This document shows, piece after piece, positions 38,657 to 52,483 of a stretch of 64,000 bases of DNA (within the stretch, counting starts at the first letter, position 1; each line of letters opens with the position of its first letter). The translations under genes and the position numbers were made by a program. The stretch spans positions 57,671-121,670 of the forward strand of contig JAKCBQ010000002.1 in NCBI GenBank assembly GCA_021839245.1. The letters run 5' to 3'. This DNA is from Pseudomonadota bacterium (GTDB taxonomy: Bacteria > Pseudomonadota > Gammaproteobacteria > JAKAQQ01). The notes under the pieces are model-generated. The model saw nothing but the letters and a program-made list of their open reading frames with translations, did no database searches and was not told the origin of the DNA.

Positions 38657-39469
38657 GTGCGCACGCGTCTTCTGAGTGCCCTCGTCCTCGTTCCGCTCAT
38701 CCTGGCCCTGGTGTTCTTCGCCCCACCCGAGCTGGGGGCGGGCCTGCTCCTCCTTCCCGTCTTCGTGGCCGCCGGCGAATGGGCGGGTCTCTGCGGTCTC
38801 ACCCGGGGCGGCAAGGGGGTTGCGGTCGCTCTCTTCGCGGTCGTCCTCGTCCTCTCCTGGGGCAGCCTCGAGCCCCGCGCCGGGAGTTTGGGAATAGGCG
38901 CCGCAGGGTTCTTCGCCGTTGGGATCCTCGGTCTTCTCCTCCTTTACCGCGGTTCCGTCCGCGCCCGAGTGTGGCTCGAGCTGGCCACGGGGTTCACGGC
39001 TCTCGCGGCTCTCTGGTGGACGGCCTGGGCCCTTCTCGAGGAACACACCCCCGGACGCGAGGCCCTCCTGAGCCTTCTCGTCCTGGTCTGGGTGGCCGAT
39101 ACGGCGGCCTACCTCGTCGGCTCCCTCTGGGGCCGCCGCCCGCTGGCTCCCCGGGTGAGCCCGCGCAAAACCTGGGAAGGGGCGTTCGGGGGACTGGGTG
39201 CAACCCTTCTTGCCGGGCTCATCCTTCGTTTCGGGGGGGCGCTCGGTCCGATCGGTCTCCTCTTCACCCTCCTTGGGGCCGCCGCCGTCTGGGCCGCGGC
39301 GCTCCTCGGCGATCTCGCCGAGAGTCGTCTCAAGCGCCTCTGCGGTGTCAAGGACAGCGGGACGCTCATCCCGGGGCATGGAGGTCTCCTCGACCGTATC
39401 GACGGACTCATGGTCGCCGCCCCGGTGTTCTACTGTTTCTGGTGTCTCAGGGGAGGCGGGGGATGGTAG
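38657..39469 (+). CDS. cdsA: Phosphatidate cytidylyltransferase
   Basis: GTG at 38657. Polytopic membrane protein with the CTP-transferase signature SRLKRLCGVKDSGTLIPGHGGLLDRIDG. Confidence 0.92.
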   Translation: MRTRLLSALVLVPLILALVFFAPPELGAGLLLLPVFVAAGEWAGLCGLTRGGKGVAVALFAVVLVLSWGSLEPRAGSLGIGAAGFFAVGILGLLLLYRGSVRARVWLELATGFTALAALWWTAWALLEEHTPGREALLSLLVLVWVADTAAYLVGSLWGRRPLAPRVSPRKTWEGAFGGLGATLLAGLILRFGGALGPIGLLFTLLGAAAVWAAALLGDLAESRLKRLCGVKDSGTLIPGHGGLLDRIDGLMVAAPVFYCFWCLRGGGGW

Positions 39470-39503
39470 GCTCAACACGCGGCCGTTGCGTTCTTCGAGG
39501 ATT

Positions 39504-40871
39504 GTGGGTGTGATCGTCCTTCTCTCCATTCTGGGCTTCGCGTTGGCCGTGGGGGTCATCGTGACCATCCACGAGTTCAGCCATTTCGCCGTCGCACGTC
39601 TTCTCGGAATCAAGGTTGAGCGTTTCTCGATCGGGTTCGGTCGCCCGCTTTGGCGGCGACGGATGGGGTCGGACGGCTGGGAGCTGGTCGTTGCCGCCGT
39701 CCCCCTCGGAGGCTACGTCAAGATGCTCGACGGTCGTGAGGGCCCCATTCCGCCCGGGCTCGAGCACCGCGCCTTCGACCGCCAGAGCGTCGCCCGCCGC
39801 GCCGCGGTGGTGGCGGCGGGCCCGCTGTCCAACTTTGCCTTGGCCGTCTTCCTCCTCTGGATTGTGTTCATGGCAGGGACGGTGGGGCTCAAATCGTTCG
39901 TGGGCGCGGTGCGACCCGGGACTCCTGCCGCGCGCGCCGGTCTCGTTCGCGGTGACCGCATCCTCGCAGTGGGCTCGACGCCGACGCCCATCTGGAGCGA
40001 GCTCGATCTCGCCCTGTTCAACGCCGTCCTCGTCCGCAAGACCATTCCGCTCGAGGTCCGCAGCGGTCGCGGCACCGTCCGAACGCTCCGCCTGAAGGTG
40101 AGCGATCCGCGCGCGCTCACGGCTCCCCACGCACTTCTCGCCGGTCTCGGGTTCGCGCCCGCGTACCCCCGTCTCCGCCCGGTGGTGGCTCGGGTCGAGC
40201 TCCACTCGCCCGCCGCCCGGGCGGGACTCCGTTCCGGCGACCGCATTCTTTCTCTGGACGGGAAACCTGTGCGTTCCTGGGCCGCCCTCGTCCGTTTCGT
40301 TTCGGCACGGCCGGGCAAGTCCGTTCGCCTCTTCTACACGACGCCCCAGGGGATCGAGCGCTCGGCGTCCGTCACGCTCGGCCGTGCGCGCGTGGCCGGT
40401 CGTCCGGTCGGGAGGCTCGGGATTTACGTGCGCGTTCCCAAGAACTTTGGACGCTCCTTCTTCGAGCGGGTGCGGGCCGGTCCGCTCGCGGCGTTTGGCG
40501 GTGCGCTTCGCGACACCTGGTCGATCACCACCCTGACGTTGCGTGTCCTCGTCGGCATGATCGACGGGACCGCCTCGCTTCGCAACCTGAGCGGCCCGAT
40601 CCGCATTGCGGACTACGCCGGCCGCTCGCTGCGCACGGGGATTTTCTCGTTCCTGTCCTTCATCGGTCTGATCAGCATCAGCATCGGCCTCCTCAACATC
40701 CTGCCGATTCCTCTTCTGGACGGAGGGCACCTGTTGTATTATGCAGTGGAAAGCGTACGGGGGCGCCCGCTTCCCGAGCAAGTGCAAGCGATCGGCCAAC
40801 GCGTGGGTCTCGCGCTTTTGACCGTGCTTGTGGGTCTTGCCCTGTACAACGATTTCGTTCATTTCTTCTGA
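39504..40871 (+). CDS. rseP: Sigma-E protease RseP (site-2 zinc metalloprotease, two PDZ domains)
   Basis: HEFSH zinc motif about 22 aa from the chosen GTG 39504, as in E. coli RseP. ..KVERFSIGFGRPLWRR... C-terminal NILPIPLLDGGH. Confidence 0.9.
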   Translation: MGVIVLLSILGFALAVGVIVTIHEFSHFAVARLLGIKVERFSIGFGRPLWRRRMGSDGWELVVAAVPLGGYVKMLDGREGPIPPGLEHRAFDRQSVARRAAVVAAGPLSNFALAVFLLWIVFMAGTVGLKSFVGAVRPGTPAARAGLVRGDRILAVGSTPTPIWSELDLALFNAVLVRKTIPLEVRSGRGTVRTLRLKVSDPRALTAPHALLAGLGFAPAYPRLRPVVARVELHSPAARAGLRSGDRILSLDGKPVRSWAALVRFVSARPGKSVRLFYTTPQGIERSASVTLGRARVAGRPVGRLGIYVRVPKNFGRSFFERVRAGPLAAFGGALRDTWSITTLTLRVLVGMIDGTASLRNLSGPIRIADYAGRSLRTGIFSFLSFIGLISISIGLLNILPIPLLDGGHLLYYAVESVRGRPLPEQVQAIGQRVGLALLTVLVGLALYNDFVHFF

Positions 40872-40885
40872 GGAGATTCGAGCCC

Positions 40886-43330
40886 GTGCCATCGGACCCG
40901 AGCGGGAAGCGGAGAGGTTTGTTCGGACAAGGGATAGCGACGACGTGCGCCGTCGTCCTCATCCTTTTGGCGGGCGCGTGGGGCGCCGCGCGGGCCACCC
41001 CGGCCCCGTCGGCAAGCCCCCCCCCGTCGCGGTTCGTCGTCCGTCACATCGTCATCCGCGGGCTTCAGAAAATTACGCGTGGGACGGTGCTCGACTATCT
41101 CCCGATCGAGGTCGGCTCGCGGGTTGACGCGGCGCGGATCCGTCAAGCCTTGCGCGCCCTTTACCGGACCGGATTCTTCTCGGACGTGGCCCTCCGGCGC
41201 GCGGGCCACACCCTGATTGTCGTGGTGCACGAGCGACCGTCGATCGCGCAGATCAAGTTCCGTGGCAATCACTCGGTCTCGAAAAAGACGCTCAAGCACG
41301 TCCTGCGTCGGGCCGGACTCGTCAAGGGGCGCATCTTCAATCGCACGGTGCTCGAGGAGATCGACCACTCTCTCTACGACCAGTACTACAGCCACGGCAA
41401 GTACGGGGCCATCATCCACCCCCACGTCAAGACGCTTCCCCGAAACCGCGTCGCCATCCTGGTCCGCATCCACGAGGGCAGCCCGGCGCGGGTGCGCACG
41501 ATCAATTTCGTCGGCAACAAGCGCTTTTCGAGCTCGACGCTCCGCGGGATGTTCAAGATCTCGACCCCGGGGCTCCTCACCTGGATCAACGGGCGTGACC
41601 GCTACGTGCGCAAAAAGCTGTCGACCTCGATCAAACGCGTCCGGGCGTTCTACATGGATCAGGGGTACGCGAACTTCCACTATCGATCCATTGTCGTCGC
41701 CCTCTCGCCCACGAAGCGCGGCGTTTACCTCACGATCAATGTCCACGAGGGGAGTGTCTACCACGTCGGGCGGGTGTTTCTCAACGGACGTTTCGTCCTG
41801 CCGCGGGCCCGTCTCGAACGCGCCGTCCGCATTCACCGGGGGCAGATCTACTCTCGGGCCCGCGCCAAAGAGACCGCCGCGCTCCTCAAGGCGATGCTCG
41901 AGGACCGCGGCTACGCTTTTGCGCACGTCGAGATCATCCCGCAGCTCAACCGCAAGTCGCACATCGTCTCGCTCGATTTCTTCCTCGATCCGGGTGAGCG
42001 TGTCTACGTCCGTCGCATCCTCTTTCACGGTATTCACGGGACGGATGAGACCGTCTACCGACGCGCGATGTTGCAGCTCGAGGGCGCCTGGCTCTCCCCC
42101 GAGCTCGTCCGCCTCTCGAAGTTTCAGCTCAAGCGCATTTCCTTCGTCAAGCTGGTGCACATCCGTACCGTTCCGATTCCGGGCTCCCCGGATCGTGTGG
42201 ATCTCGTCGTGCACATCGTGCAGCGTCGTGAGGGTGACGCCAACGTCTCGCTGGGCTACGCCCAAGGCTACGGATTCATCGTCGGGGGACAAATCGGCAT
42301 CGGCAACTTCCGCGACCAGGGTGATCTTCTCTCCCTCAACGCTCAGCGTTCGGTTTACCAGACGAGCTACTCCCTCAACTACACCAATCCGTACTACACG
42401 CTCAACGGGGTGAGTGAGAATCTCTCGTTTTTCTACACCCGAAGCACGAGCTTCGTGAGTTACACGCAGGCTTTCAACACCCGCACGTACGGGCTCACAC
42501 TCAACTACGGGTTCCCCCTCTCGACGTTCGCGAACTACACCCTCGGCGCCACCCTGAGCCACACCAACTTTCTCACCAACTGCAGCAGTCCGCCGATTTA
42601 TTTCGCCTTCGCCTTGAACCCCAACAACGGATCGACCTACACGGAGGAGGCGCAGTGCTCGAGCCCCGACGGGACGAGCATCAACGTCGCGCTGCCGGGG
42701 ATCTCCTACAACGATCTCGCGCTCAATATGGGCTTGAGTTACGACACCCGGAACCGCGTCATCCTGGCCAGCCGGGGGGGACTCCAGGCCTTCAACGCGA
42801 GCGTGGGTGTTCCGCCGGGAGCCCAGGATTACTACACGCTCACCTACACTTCGACCGACTATCTCCCGCTTTGGGCCGGCTTCACCTACGAGTTCAACGG
42901 CGAGGTGGGTGTGGGCAACGGCTACGGGAAGACCAACGCGCTCCCTCCGCTTCTCGACTTCTTTGCCGGTGGACCGTATTCCGTTCGTGGTTACCAGACC
43001 GATTCTCTCGGGCCGAAAACAGTGAACGGTATCCCGGTGGGTGGCGCCATGCTGTTCTACGGGCAGGACGCGATTCTTCTCCCGCAGCTTTTCGGGCACA
43101 AGTACCCCGGAGAGGCCCCCGATTATCGGGTCTCGCTCTTCGTCGACGCGGGTAACGTCTTCGCCCAACCGGGGGATTTCCGGATCAACGATCTCCGTTA
43201 TTCGGCCGGCATCGGCGTCACGTGGCTCACTCCGCTCGGAGCGATTCGCCTGAGTTGGGCCAAGCCGCTCAACCCCAGGCCGCAGGATATACTCAGCTAC
43301 TTCCAGTTCACGCTGGCCTCTTATTATTGA
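40886..43330 (+). CDS. bamA: Outer membrane protein assembly factor BamA
   Basis: 814 aa. AGGAG RBS. Signal peptide, POTRA repeats (..IVIRGLQKITRGTVLDYL.., ..IKFRGNHSVSKKTLKHVL..) and a C-terminal beta-barrel with aromatic-rich strands. Confidence 0.93.
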   Translation: MPSDPSGKRRGLFGQGIATTCAVVLILLAGAWGAARATPAPSASPPPSRFVVRHIVIRGLQKITRGTVLDYLPIEVGSRVDAARIRQALRALYRTGFFSDVALRRAGHTLIVVVHERPSIAQIKFRGNHSVSKKTLKHVLRRAGLVKGRIFNRTVLEEIDHSLYDQYYSHGKYGAIIHPHVKTLPRNRVAILVRIHEGSPARVRTINFVGNKRFSSSTLRGMFKISTPGLLTWINGRDRYVRKKLSTSIKRVRAFYMDQGYANFHYRSIVVALSPTKRGVYLTINVHEGSVYHVGRVFLNGRFVLPRARLERAVRIHRGQIYSRARAKETAALLKAMLEDRGYAFAHVEIIPQLNRKSHIVSLDFFLDPGERVYVRRILFHGIHGTDETVYRRAMLQLEGAWLSPELVRLSKFQLKRISFVKLVHIRTVPIPGSPDRVDLVVHIVQRREGDANVSLGYAQGYGFIVGGQIGIGNFRDQGDLLSLNAQRSVYQTSYSLNYTNPYYTLNGVSENLSFFYTRSTSFVSYTQAFNTRTYGLTLNYGFPLSTFANYTLGATLSHTNFLTNCSSPPIYFAFALNPNNGSTYTEEAQCSSPDGTSINVALPGISYNDLALNMGLSYDTRNRVILASRGGLQAFNASVGVPPGAQDYYTLTYTSTDYLPLWAGFTYEFNGEVGVGNGYGKTNALPPLLDFFAGGPYSVRGYQTDSLGPKTVNGIPVGGAMLFYGQDAILLPQLFGHKYPGEAPDYRVSLFVDAGNVFAQPGDFRINDLRYSAGIGVTWLTPLGAIRLSWAKPLNPRPQDILSYFQFTLASYY

Positions 43331-43348
43331 TTATTGAGACCCCGCCCC

Positions 43349-43921
43349 ATGCTCCGCTTTCCCCTTGCGTCCCGTCTCCTTCCTCTCCCCTTGCGGCGCG
43401 CCCTCCCGGCCGTCGCGATGGCGGCCCTCGCGGGCCTCACCGTCGGGGTCCCGACGGCGCAGGCCGATCCTCTCCGGGTGGGCTACGTCAACAGCCTCGT
43501 GCTCCTGAAGAAGATGCCTCAGTCGCTCGCCGCCCGAAAGAGCCTCGAAGACGAGTTCGGCCCGCAGATCGCCCGCATCCATAAAGAGGAAGCGCGTCTC
43601 GCGTCGGCCGAAAAAACCTACAAAGCCGAGCGGGCTTCGCTCACGCTGCTCAAGCAGACCGAGGAGCGTCAGAAACTCGCTTCTCTCGTCCGCCGCCTCC
43701 GGCGTCACCAGCGCGCGTACTTCGAGGACCTCGAGCTCGCCCGCGATCAGGTTCTCGCGAATCTGCAGCATCTCATGATCCACGCCATCCACGAGTACGC
43801 GCGTCTGCACCACTACGATCTTATCGTGGGGCAGGGCGTGTTTTACGCCGGGTCCCGCGTCGACATCACCCGCAAGGTTCTGGCTTACCTGGCATCCCTC
43901 GACCGCAAACCCTCGGGTTGA
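43349..43921 (+). CDS. skp: Periplasmic chaperone Skp (OmpH family)
   Basis: Signal peptide ending ..PTAQA|DP, then a coiled-coil-rich ~165-aa body. Lies between bamA and lpxD, the conserved position. An upstream TTG at 43334 is also possible. Confidence 0.85.
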   Translation: MLRFPLASRLLPLPLRRALPAVAMAALAGLTVGVPTAQADPLRVGYVNSLVLLKKMPQSLAARKSLEDEFGPQIARIHKEEARLASAEKTYKAERASLTLLKQTEERQKLASLVRRLRRHQRAYFEDLELARDQVLANLQHLMIHAIHEYARLHHYDLIVGQGVFYAGSRVDITRKVLAYLASLDRKPSG

Positions 43922-43925
43922 GGAC

Positions 43926-44975
43926 ATGGCCGCGCAACGGTTCTCTGTGACCGCCGGGGAGCTGGCGCGCTTCCTCGGGGCCGAACTCCGGGGCGACGCC
44001 GAGGAAACCGTGACGCATGTCGCCCCGCTCGAGCGGGCGGAGAAAGGTGCGCTCAGCTTTGCGGATGCGGCCCACGCCCGTCATCTCCCGTCCACGCGGG
44101 CCTCGGTCGTCATTCTCTCAGAGGCCGACGCCGCCCGCTGTGCGTGCACGAGGCTCGTCACCGACCGTCCGCTCCTGGCCTACGCCCGCGCGACCGCCCG
44201 TCTCCGCCCCGACCCCCCTGCCGTTCCTGGGGTGCACCCGACAGCGATCGTGCACCCGACGGCCCGCCTGGCCCCCGACGCCGCGGTCGGCCCGTACTGC
44301 ATTCTTGAAGAGGACTGCCTCGTCGAGGCCGGAGCGGTGCTCGGCCCCCACTGTCGCCTCGGGGCGAGGAGTCGCCTCGGGGCGGGCAGCCGGCTCGTCG
44401 CCTCGGTCGACGTCGGCGCAGACGTGACGATCGGCCGGCGGGTCGTGGTTCACCCGGGCGCCGTCCTCGGAGCCGAGGGGTTCGGCTACGCCCACGACGG
44501 GACGCGCTGGCACCACATCGCCCAGCTCGGCGGCGTGCGTATCGGCGACGACGTCGAGATCGGGGCCAATACCTGCATCGACCGCGGCGCGATGGAGGAC
44601 ACGGTCGTCGAAGACGGGGTCAAGCTCGACAACCTCATCCAGATCGGGCACAACGTCCGCATCGGCGCCCACACGATCGTGGCGGCTCTCACCGGCGTTG
44701 CGGGGAGCACCACCGTGGGGGGGCACTGCCAGATCGGCGGGATGGTGGGCATCACCGGCCACGTGCACGTGGCGGACGGCACGATCCTCGCCGCCCGCAG
44801 TTCGGTCACCGGCACGATCGCCCGCCCCGGCGTCTACTCGTCCGTCTTGCCCGTCGTCGAGGTCCGCCGCTGGCGGCGCCTCGTCGCCCTCATCCACCGC
44901 CTCGACCGCCGCCGTGCGGGTGAGGCCCCCGACGATTCCGTTTCCGGAGAACCGCATGACCGCCCCGCCCCTTGA
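43926..44975 (+). CDS. lpxD: UDP-3-O-acylglucosamine N-acyltransferase LpxD
   Basis: 349 aa. Hexapeptide repeats. N-terminal ..LARFLGAELRGD.. typical of LpxD. Confidence 0.92.
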   Translation: MAAQRFSVTAGELARFLGAELRGDAEETVTHVAPLERAEKGALSFADAAHARHLPSTRASVVILSEADAARCACTRLVTDRPLLAYARATARLRPDPPAVPGVHPTAIVHPTARLAPDAAVGPYCILEEDCLVEAGAVLGPHCRLGARSRLGAGSRLVASVDVGADVTIGRRVVVHPGAVLGAEGFGYAHDGTRWHHIAQLGGVRIGDDVEIGANTCIDRGAMEDTVVEDGVKLDNLIQIGHNVRIGAHTIVAALTGVAGSTTVGGHCQIGGMVGITGHVHVADGTILAARSSVTGTIARPGVYSSVLPVVEVRRWRRLVALIHRLDRRRAGEAPDDSVSGEPHDRPAP

Positions 44976-45423
44976 CGGGTCTCACGACATCCGAGCCCTC
45001 ATGGGCCATCTTCCCCACCGCTATCCGTTTCTCCTCGTCGACCGCATCCTCGAATGCCGCGAGCAGAAAACGGTGGTGGCCCTCAAAAACGTCACCTACA
45101 ACGAGTGGTTCTTCCCCGGGCATTTCCCGGACGATCCCGTCATGCCCGGCGTCCTGATCCTCGAGGCCATGGCTCAGGCGTCCTCGGTTGTGGTCAACGC
45201 CATTCTGGGAGGACGAGGCGAGGAGATCTCCTACTATCTGGCCGGCATCGAGAAAGCCCGCTTTCGCGGGATCGTCCGGCCGGGGGACTCTCTTCGCCTC
45301 ACCTCGACCCTGATCCGCCGTGTGCACGACATCTGGAAGTTCGAGGCGACGGCCCACGTCGCCGACGAGATCGTCGTGGAGGCTGTATTTCTATGCGCGA
45401 CGAAGACGCAGTTTCCCCGCTGA
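44956..45423 (+). CDS. fabZ: 3-hydroxyacyl-ACP dehydratase FabZ
   Basis: LPHRYPFLLVDRILE, FFPGHFPDDPVMPGVLILEAMAQ. 155 aa. Confidence 0.95.
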   Translation: MTAPPLDGSHDIRALMGHLPHRYPFLLVDRILECREQKTVVALKNVTYNEWFFPGHFPDDPVMPGVLILEAMAQASSVVVNAILGGRGEEISYYLAGIEKARFRGIVRPGDSLRLTSTLIRRVHDIWKFEATAHVADEIVVEAVFLCATKTQFPR

Positions 45424-46208
45424 TCGACCCACGGGCCGTCGTGAGTCCCGAGGCCGATCTCGCCGCGGACGTGCGCGTCGGTCCCTTCGCGGTCATCGGC
45501 CCGCACGTGCGGATCGGATCCGGGAGCGTGATCGGTCCGCACACGGTCGTGTACGGGCCGACCCGGATCGGCGCCCACAACCGCATCTTCCCGTTCTGCT
45601 CGATCGGTGACGAGCCCCAGGACAAGAAGTACCACGGGGAGGAGACCGTCCTCGAGATCGGCGAGCGCAACACGATCCGCGAGTACACGACCATCAATCG
45701 GGGAACGGTTCAGGGCGGAGGGGTAACCCGCCTCGGCCACGACAACTGGATCATGGCCTACGTCCACATCGCCCACGACTGCATCCTGGGGGATCACACC
45801 ATCCTCGCCAACGGTGTTGCGCTCGCCGGCCACGTCACCGTCGGCGATTGGGTCATCCTGAGCGCTTCGGCCAAGGTCCACCAGTTCTGCCGGCTGGGGG
45901 CACACGCCTTCGTCGGGCACGACTGCGGTCTCGTCCAGGACGTTCCCCCGTACGTTCTCGTCGCCGTGCGTGGGGCGGGCGAAGCGCCGCGCCCCTACGG
46001 GATCAACAGCGAAGGTCTCGAGCGGCGCGGGTTCAGCCCCGCGACGATCGCCCGCCTCAAGGAGGCGTACCGCATCCTCTACCGCAAGAATCTCAGGCTC
46101 GAGGAGGCGATTGTGGCCCTCGAGGAACAGAGCGCCGAGACGCCCGAGATCGGTTGCCTCGTCGAGTTCCTCCGGGGGACCAGCCGGGGTATCGTCCGCG
46201 GTCCATGA
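45393..46208 (+). CDS. lpxA: Acyl-ACP--UDP-N-acetylglucosamine O-acyltransferase LpxA
   Basis: Hexapeptide repeats and ..GDEPQDKKYHGE..LEIGERNTIREYTTINRGT... The start may be ATG 45393 (31-nt overlap with fabZ) or slightly downstream. Confidence 0.9.
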   Translation: MRDEDAVSPLIDPRAVVSPEADLAADVRVGPFAVIGPHVRIGSGSVIGPHTVVYGPTRIGAHNRIFPFCSIGDEPQDKKYHGEETVLEIGERNTIREYTTINRGTVQGGGVTRLGHDNWIMAYVHIAHDCILGDHTILANGVALAGHVTVGDWVILSASAKVHQFCRLGAHAFVGHDCGLVQDVPPYVLVAVRGAGEAPRPYGINSEGLERRGFSPATIARLKEAYRILYRKNLRLEEAIVALEEQSAETPEIGCLVEFLRGTSRGIVRGP

Positions 46209-47353
46209 CACGTGCGATCCTCTCCGCCCTCGAGCCTTCGGCCGACGCTCTCGCCGCCGGCCTCCTGAGCGAGGCGGCGCGGCGGGGCGCACCTTGGGAG
46301 AGCGACGGCGTGGCGGGTCTTCGTGCCCGCGAGGCGGGGTTTTCCGGCGCCTGTGAGCCGGAGCGCTACGCGGTGATGGGCCTCATGCAATCGCTACGGG
46401 CGCTTCCCGCCTTCCTCGCGCTGCGCCGCCGTCTCCTCGCTCTCGCCGCCGCCCGCCCGCCCGACGTCTTCGTCGGCATCGACGCCCCCGATTTCCATCT
46501 CCCGCTCTCGCGGCGGCTGCGCGCCCGCGGCATCGCCTGCGTCCAATACGTGAGCCCCACCGTTTGGGCGTGGCGGGAGGGACGGGTCGCGGACGTCGTG
46601 GCGGGCGTCGATCTTGTGCTCTGTCTTTTTCCCTTTGAGCCGGCGTATTACGAAAACCGCGGGGTCGCGAGCGTCTTCGTGGGCCATCCGCTCGCCGACC
46701 GGCTCGAGGCGGCAGAGGATCGCACGCCGCTCCGCGCCGCCCTCGGTTGGCCCGTCGGCGTCCCGTACGTCGTCCTCGCCCCCGGCAGTCGCCCGCAGGA
46801 GATCCGCCGCCACGCGCCGCTCTTTCTCGCCGCGGCCGCCGAGGTTCACCGACGCAGCGGCGCGCGTTTCGTGCTCGCCGCGCCTCAGGGCCGGAGCACG
46901 GACGGATGGCGCGACGAGGCCCGGCGCTCGGGTCTTCCGCCCGAGGCCTTCGAGGTGCGCACGGGGACGGCTCGGCTCCTCGCCGCCGCGGACGCCGCGC
47001 TCCTCAAGTCGGGGACGGTCACCCTCGAGGCGACGCTCGTCGGTTGCCCCTCCGTCGTCGCCTACCGGACGGGTGGGCTCAACGCCTCCTTCGTTCTCGC
47101 GAGGGGCTTCCGCACGCCCTACATCGCGCTCCCGAACATCCTCGCGGGCCGCCCGATCGTGCCCGAGTTTCTCCAAAGCCTCGTCCGGCCCGGGATCCTC
47201 GCGGGGGCTCTTCTCTCACTCCTCCGCCCGGACGTGAACGGAGCGGTCCGTCGCGCGCTTCTCGAGACCGCCAAACCCCTCCGCCGCGGCGCCGACGCCC
47301 GGGCCTGGGAGGCCATCGACGCCCATCTCGCCGCCCGGGGCGGGACGCGATGA
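46205..47353 (+). CDS. lpxB: Lipid-A-disaccharide synthase LpxB
   Basis: ATGA overlap with lpxA. ..VFVGIDAPDFHLPLSRRLR..YVSPTVWAWR... 382 aa. Confidence 0.9.
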   Translation: MTRAILSALEPSADALAAGLLSEAARRGAPWESDGVAGLRAREAGFSGACEPERYAVMGLMQSLRALPAFLALRRRLLALAAARPPDVFVGIDAPDFHLPLSRRLRARGIACVQYVSPTVWAWREGRVADVVAGVDLVLCLFPFEPAYYENRGVASVFVGHPLADRLEAAEDRTPLRAALGWPVGVPYVVLAPGSRPQEIRRHAPLFLAAAAEVHRRSGARFVLAAPQGRSTDGWRDEARRSGLPPEAFEVRTGTARLLAAADAALLKSGTVTLEATLVGCPSVVAYRTGGLNASFVLARGFRTPYIALPNILAGRPIVPEFLQSLVRPGILAGALLSLLRPDVNGAVRRALLETAKPLRRGADARAWEAIDAHLAARGGTR

Positions 47354-47942
47354 GCGGAGGGAGCCCCCGTGCTCGGGAGGGCGAAGCCGGTGTCGATGAG
47401 GTGGGCCGAGGGGCTCTGGCCGGCCCGGTGGTCGTGGCCGCCGTCGTCCTCGATCCCGACGACGTCCCCGAGGGGCTCCGGGACTCGAAACTCTTGCCTC
47501 CCCAACGCCGGGAAGTGCTCGCGCGCGAGATCCGCCGCCGCGCGCGCGCGTTCGCCGTCGTTGAGCTTCCGGCCGCTTTGGTCGATCTCTGGGACATCCG
47601 GCGGGCGACGCTCCTCGCCATGAGCTGGGTCATCGCCCGCCTCGATCCCGCGCCCACCCGGGTGATCGTCGACGGCCGAGATCGCCCCTACGCGCGCCTT
47701 CCGCTCGAGGCCCGTGTGGGTGCCGACCGCACGGTGCCCGCGGTGAGTGCGGCTTCGATCGTGGCGAAAGTGCACCGCGACGCCCGCATGGGCGAATACG
47801 CACGCCTCTACCCGGGCTACGGCTTCGAGCGGCACAAGGGGTACCCGACGGCCGACCACCGGGGGTGTCTCGTCCGCCGCGGTCCGTGCCCGATCCACCG
47901 GCGGAGCTACGCGCCCGTCGCGCGCGCGGAGGAGGGCGCCCG

Positions 47943-47946
<4 letters not shown>
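47350..47946 (+). CDS. rnhB: Ribonuclease HII
   Basis: AGVDEVGRGALAGPVVVAAVVL..DSKLL.. catalytic motif. ATGA overlap with lpxB. Confidence 0.92.
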
Positions 47947-51431
<3,485 letters not shown>

Positions 51432-51483
51432 GGGGCGACGGAGCTCGGCTACAATGCCCGGACCAGTGCGGGCGGAAGGAGCG

Positions 51484-52449
51484 ATGAGCGAGCGGCGACT
51501 CCAATTCCTGGGGTTCGAACAACCCATCGCCGAGGCCGAGGCGGGACGCAAGGAGCTTCTCGCGGCGGCGGACGGCGGGGAGGAAAAAGCGCGTGAGCTC
51601 GCCCGGCTCGACGAGCGCATCGAGAGCCTCACGCGCTCGATCTACGCCGATCTCGACCCGTGGCGCATCACCCAGGTCTCGCGCCATCCGCAGCGCCCCT
51701 ACACGCTCGATTACATCGAGCGGATCATGACCGACTTCGAGCCTCTCGCCGGGGACCGCTCGACCGCCGATGATCAGGCGATCGTGGGCGGGCTCGCCCG
51801 CTTCCGCGGGCGCGCCCTCGTCGTCCTCGGCCACCAGAAGGGTCGGGACACGAAAGAGAAGATCGCCCGCAACTTCGGCATGCCGAAGCCCGAGGGCTAT
51901 CGCAAAGCGTTACGCCTCATGCAGCTCGCCGAGCGCTTCCGTCTTCCCGTCGTCACCTTCATCGACACCCCGGGCGCTTATCCGGGCGTCGAGGCCGAGG
52001 AACGCAACCAGAGCGAGGCGATCGCACGCAACCTCGCCGTCATGTCGCAGCTCGCCGTCCCGATCGTCTCCTTCGTCATCGGCGAGGGCGGTTCGGGAGG
52101 GGCACTCGCGATCGGCGTCGCCGACCGCCTGGTCATGCTCCAGTACAGCATCTATTCGGTCATTTCGCCCGAGGGCTGCGCCTCGATCCTGTGGAAATCG
52201 GCGGAATACGCCGCGACGGCCGCCGCCGCCCTGGGTCTCACCGCCGAGCGCCTGCATGAACTCGGGCTCGTCGACCGGGTGATCGAGGAGCCCCTCGGTG
52301 GGGCGCACCGCGCGCCGGACGAAGCCGCCCGCCGCATCGGTGAAGTCCTGGCCGAGGAACTCGACGCTCTCCTCGCTCTTCCGACCGAGCGCCTCCTCGC
52401 CGCGCGTTACGAGAAGATCATGCGCTACGGCGTCTACACGAGCGGTTGA
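51484..52449 (+). CDS. accA: Acetyl-CoA carboxylase carboxyltransferase alpha subunit
   Basis: ..[20 protein letters not shown].., [26 protein letters not shown] and [23 protein letters not shown]. Confidence 0.95.
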   Translation: MSERRLQFLGFEQPIAEAEAGRKELLAAADGGEEKARELARLDERIESLTRSIYADLDPWRITQVSRHPQRPYTLDYIERIMTDFEPLAGDRSTADDQAIVGGLARFRGRALVVLGHQKGRDTKEKIARNFGMPKPEGYRKALRLMQLAERFRLPVVTFIDTPGAYPGVEAEERNQSEAIARNLAVMSQLAVPIVSFVIGEGGSGGALAIGVADRLVMLQYSIYSVISPEGCASILWKSAEYAATAAAALGLTAERLHELGLVDRVIEEPLGGAHRAPDEAARRIGEVLAEELDALLALPTERLLAARYEKIMRYGVYTSG

Positions 52450-52483
52450 GACGACGGACGGGAAGCGGCGCCGTCTCGTCGAT

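Noticed and set aside
40859-43168. A 769-aa minus-strand ORF opposite bamA. Similar cases are the 885-aa ORF at 48975-51632 opposite dnaE, the 607-aa ORF at 8994-10817 opposite ccmB-D, the 518-aa ORF at 14092-15648 opposite ccmI, and the 547-aa ORF at 16119-17762 opposite cbpA/SDR.
   Set aside because: All lie antisense to or out of frame with well-supported conserved genes. All show the same R/G/E/D/P-biased composition and lack recognisable domains. I treat them as compositional artefacts.
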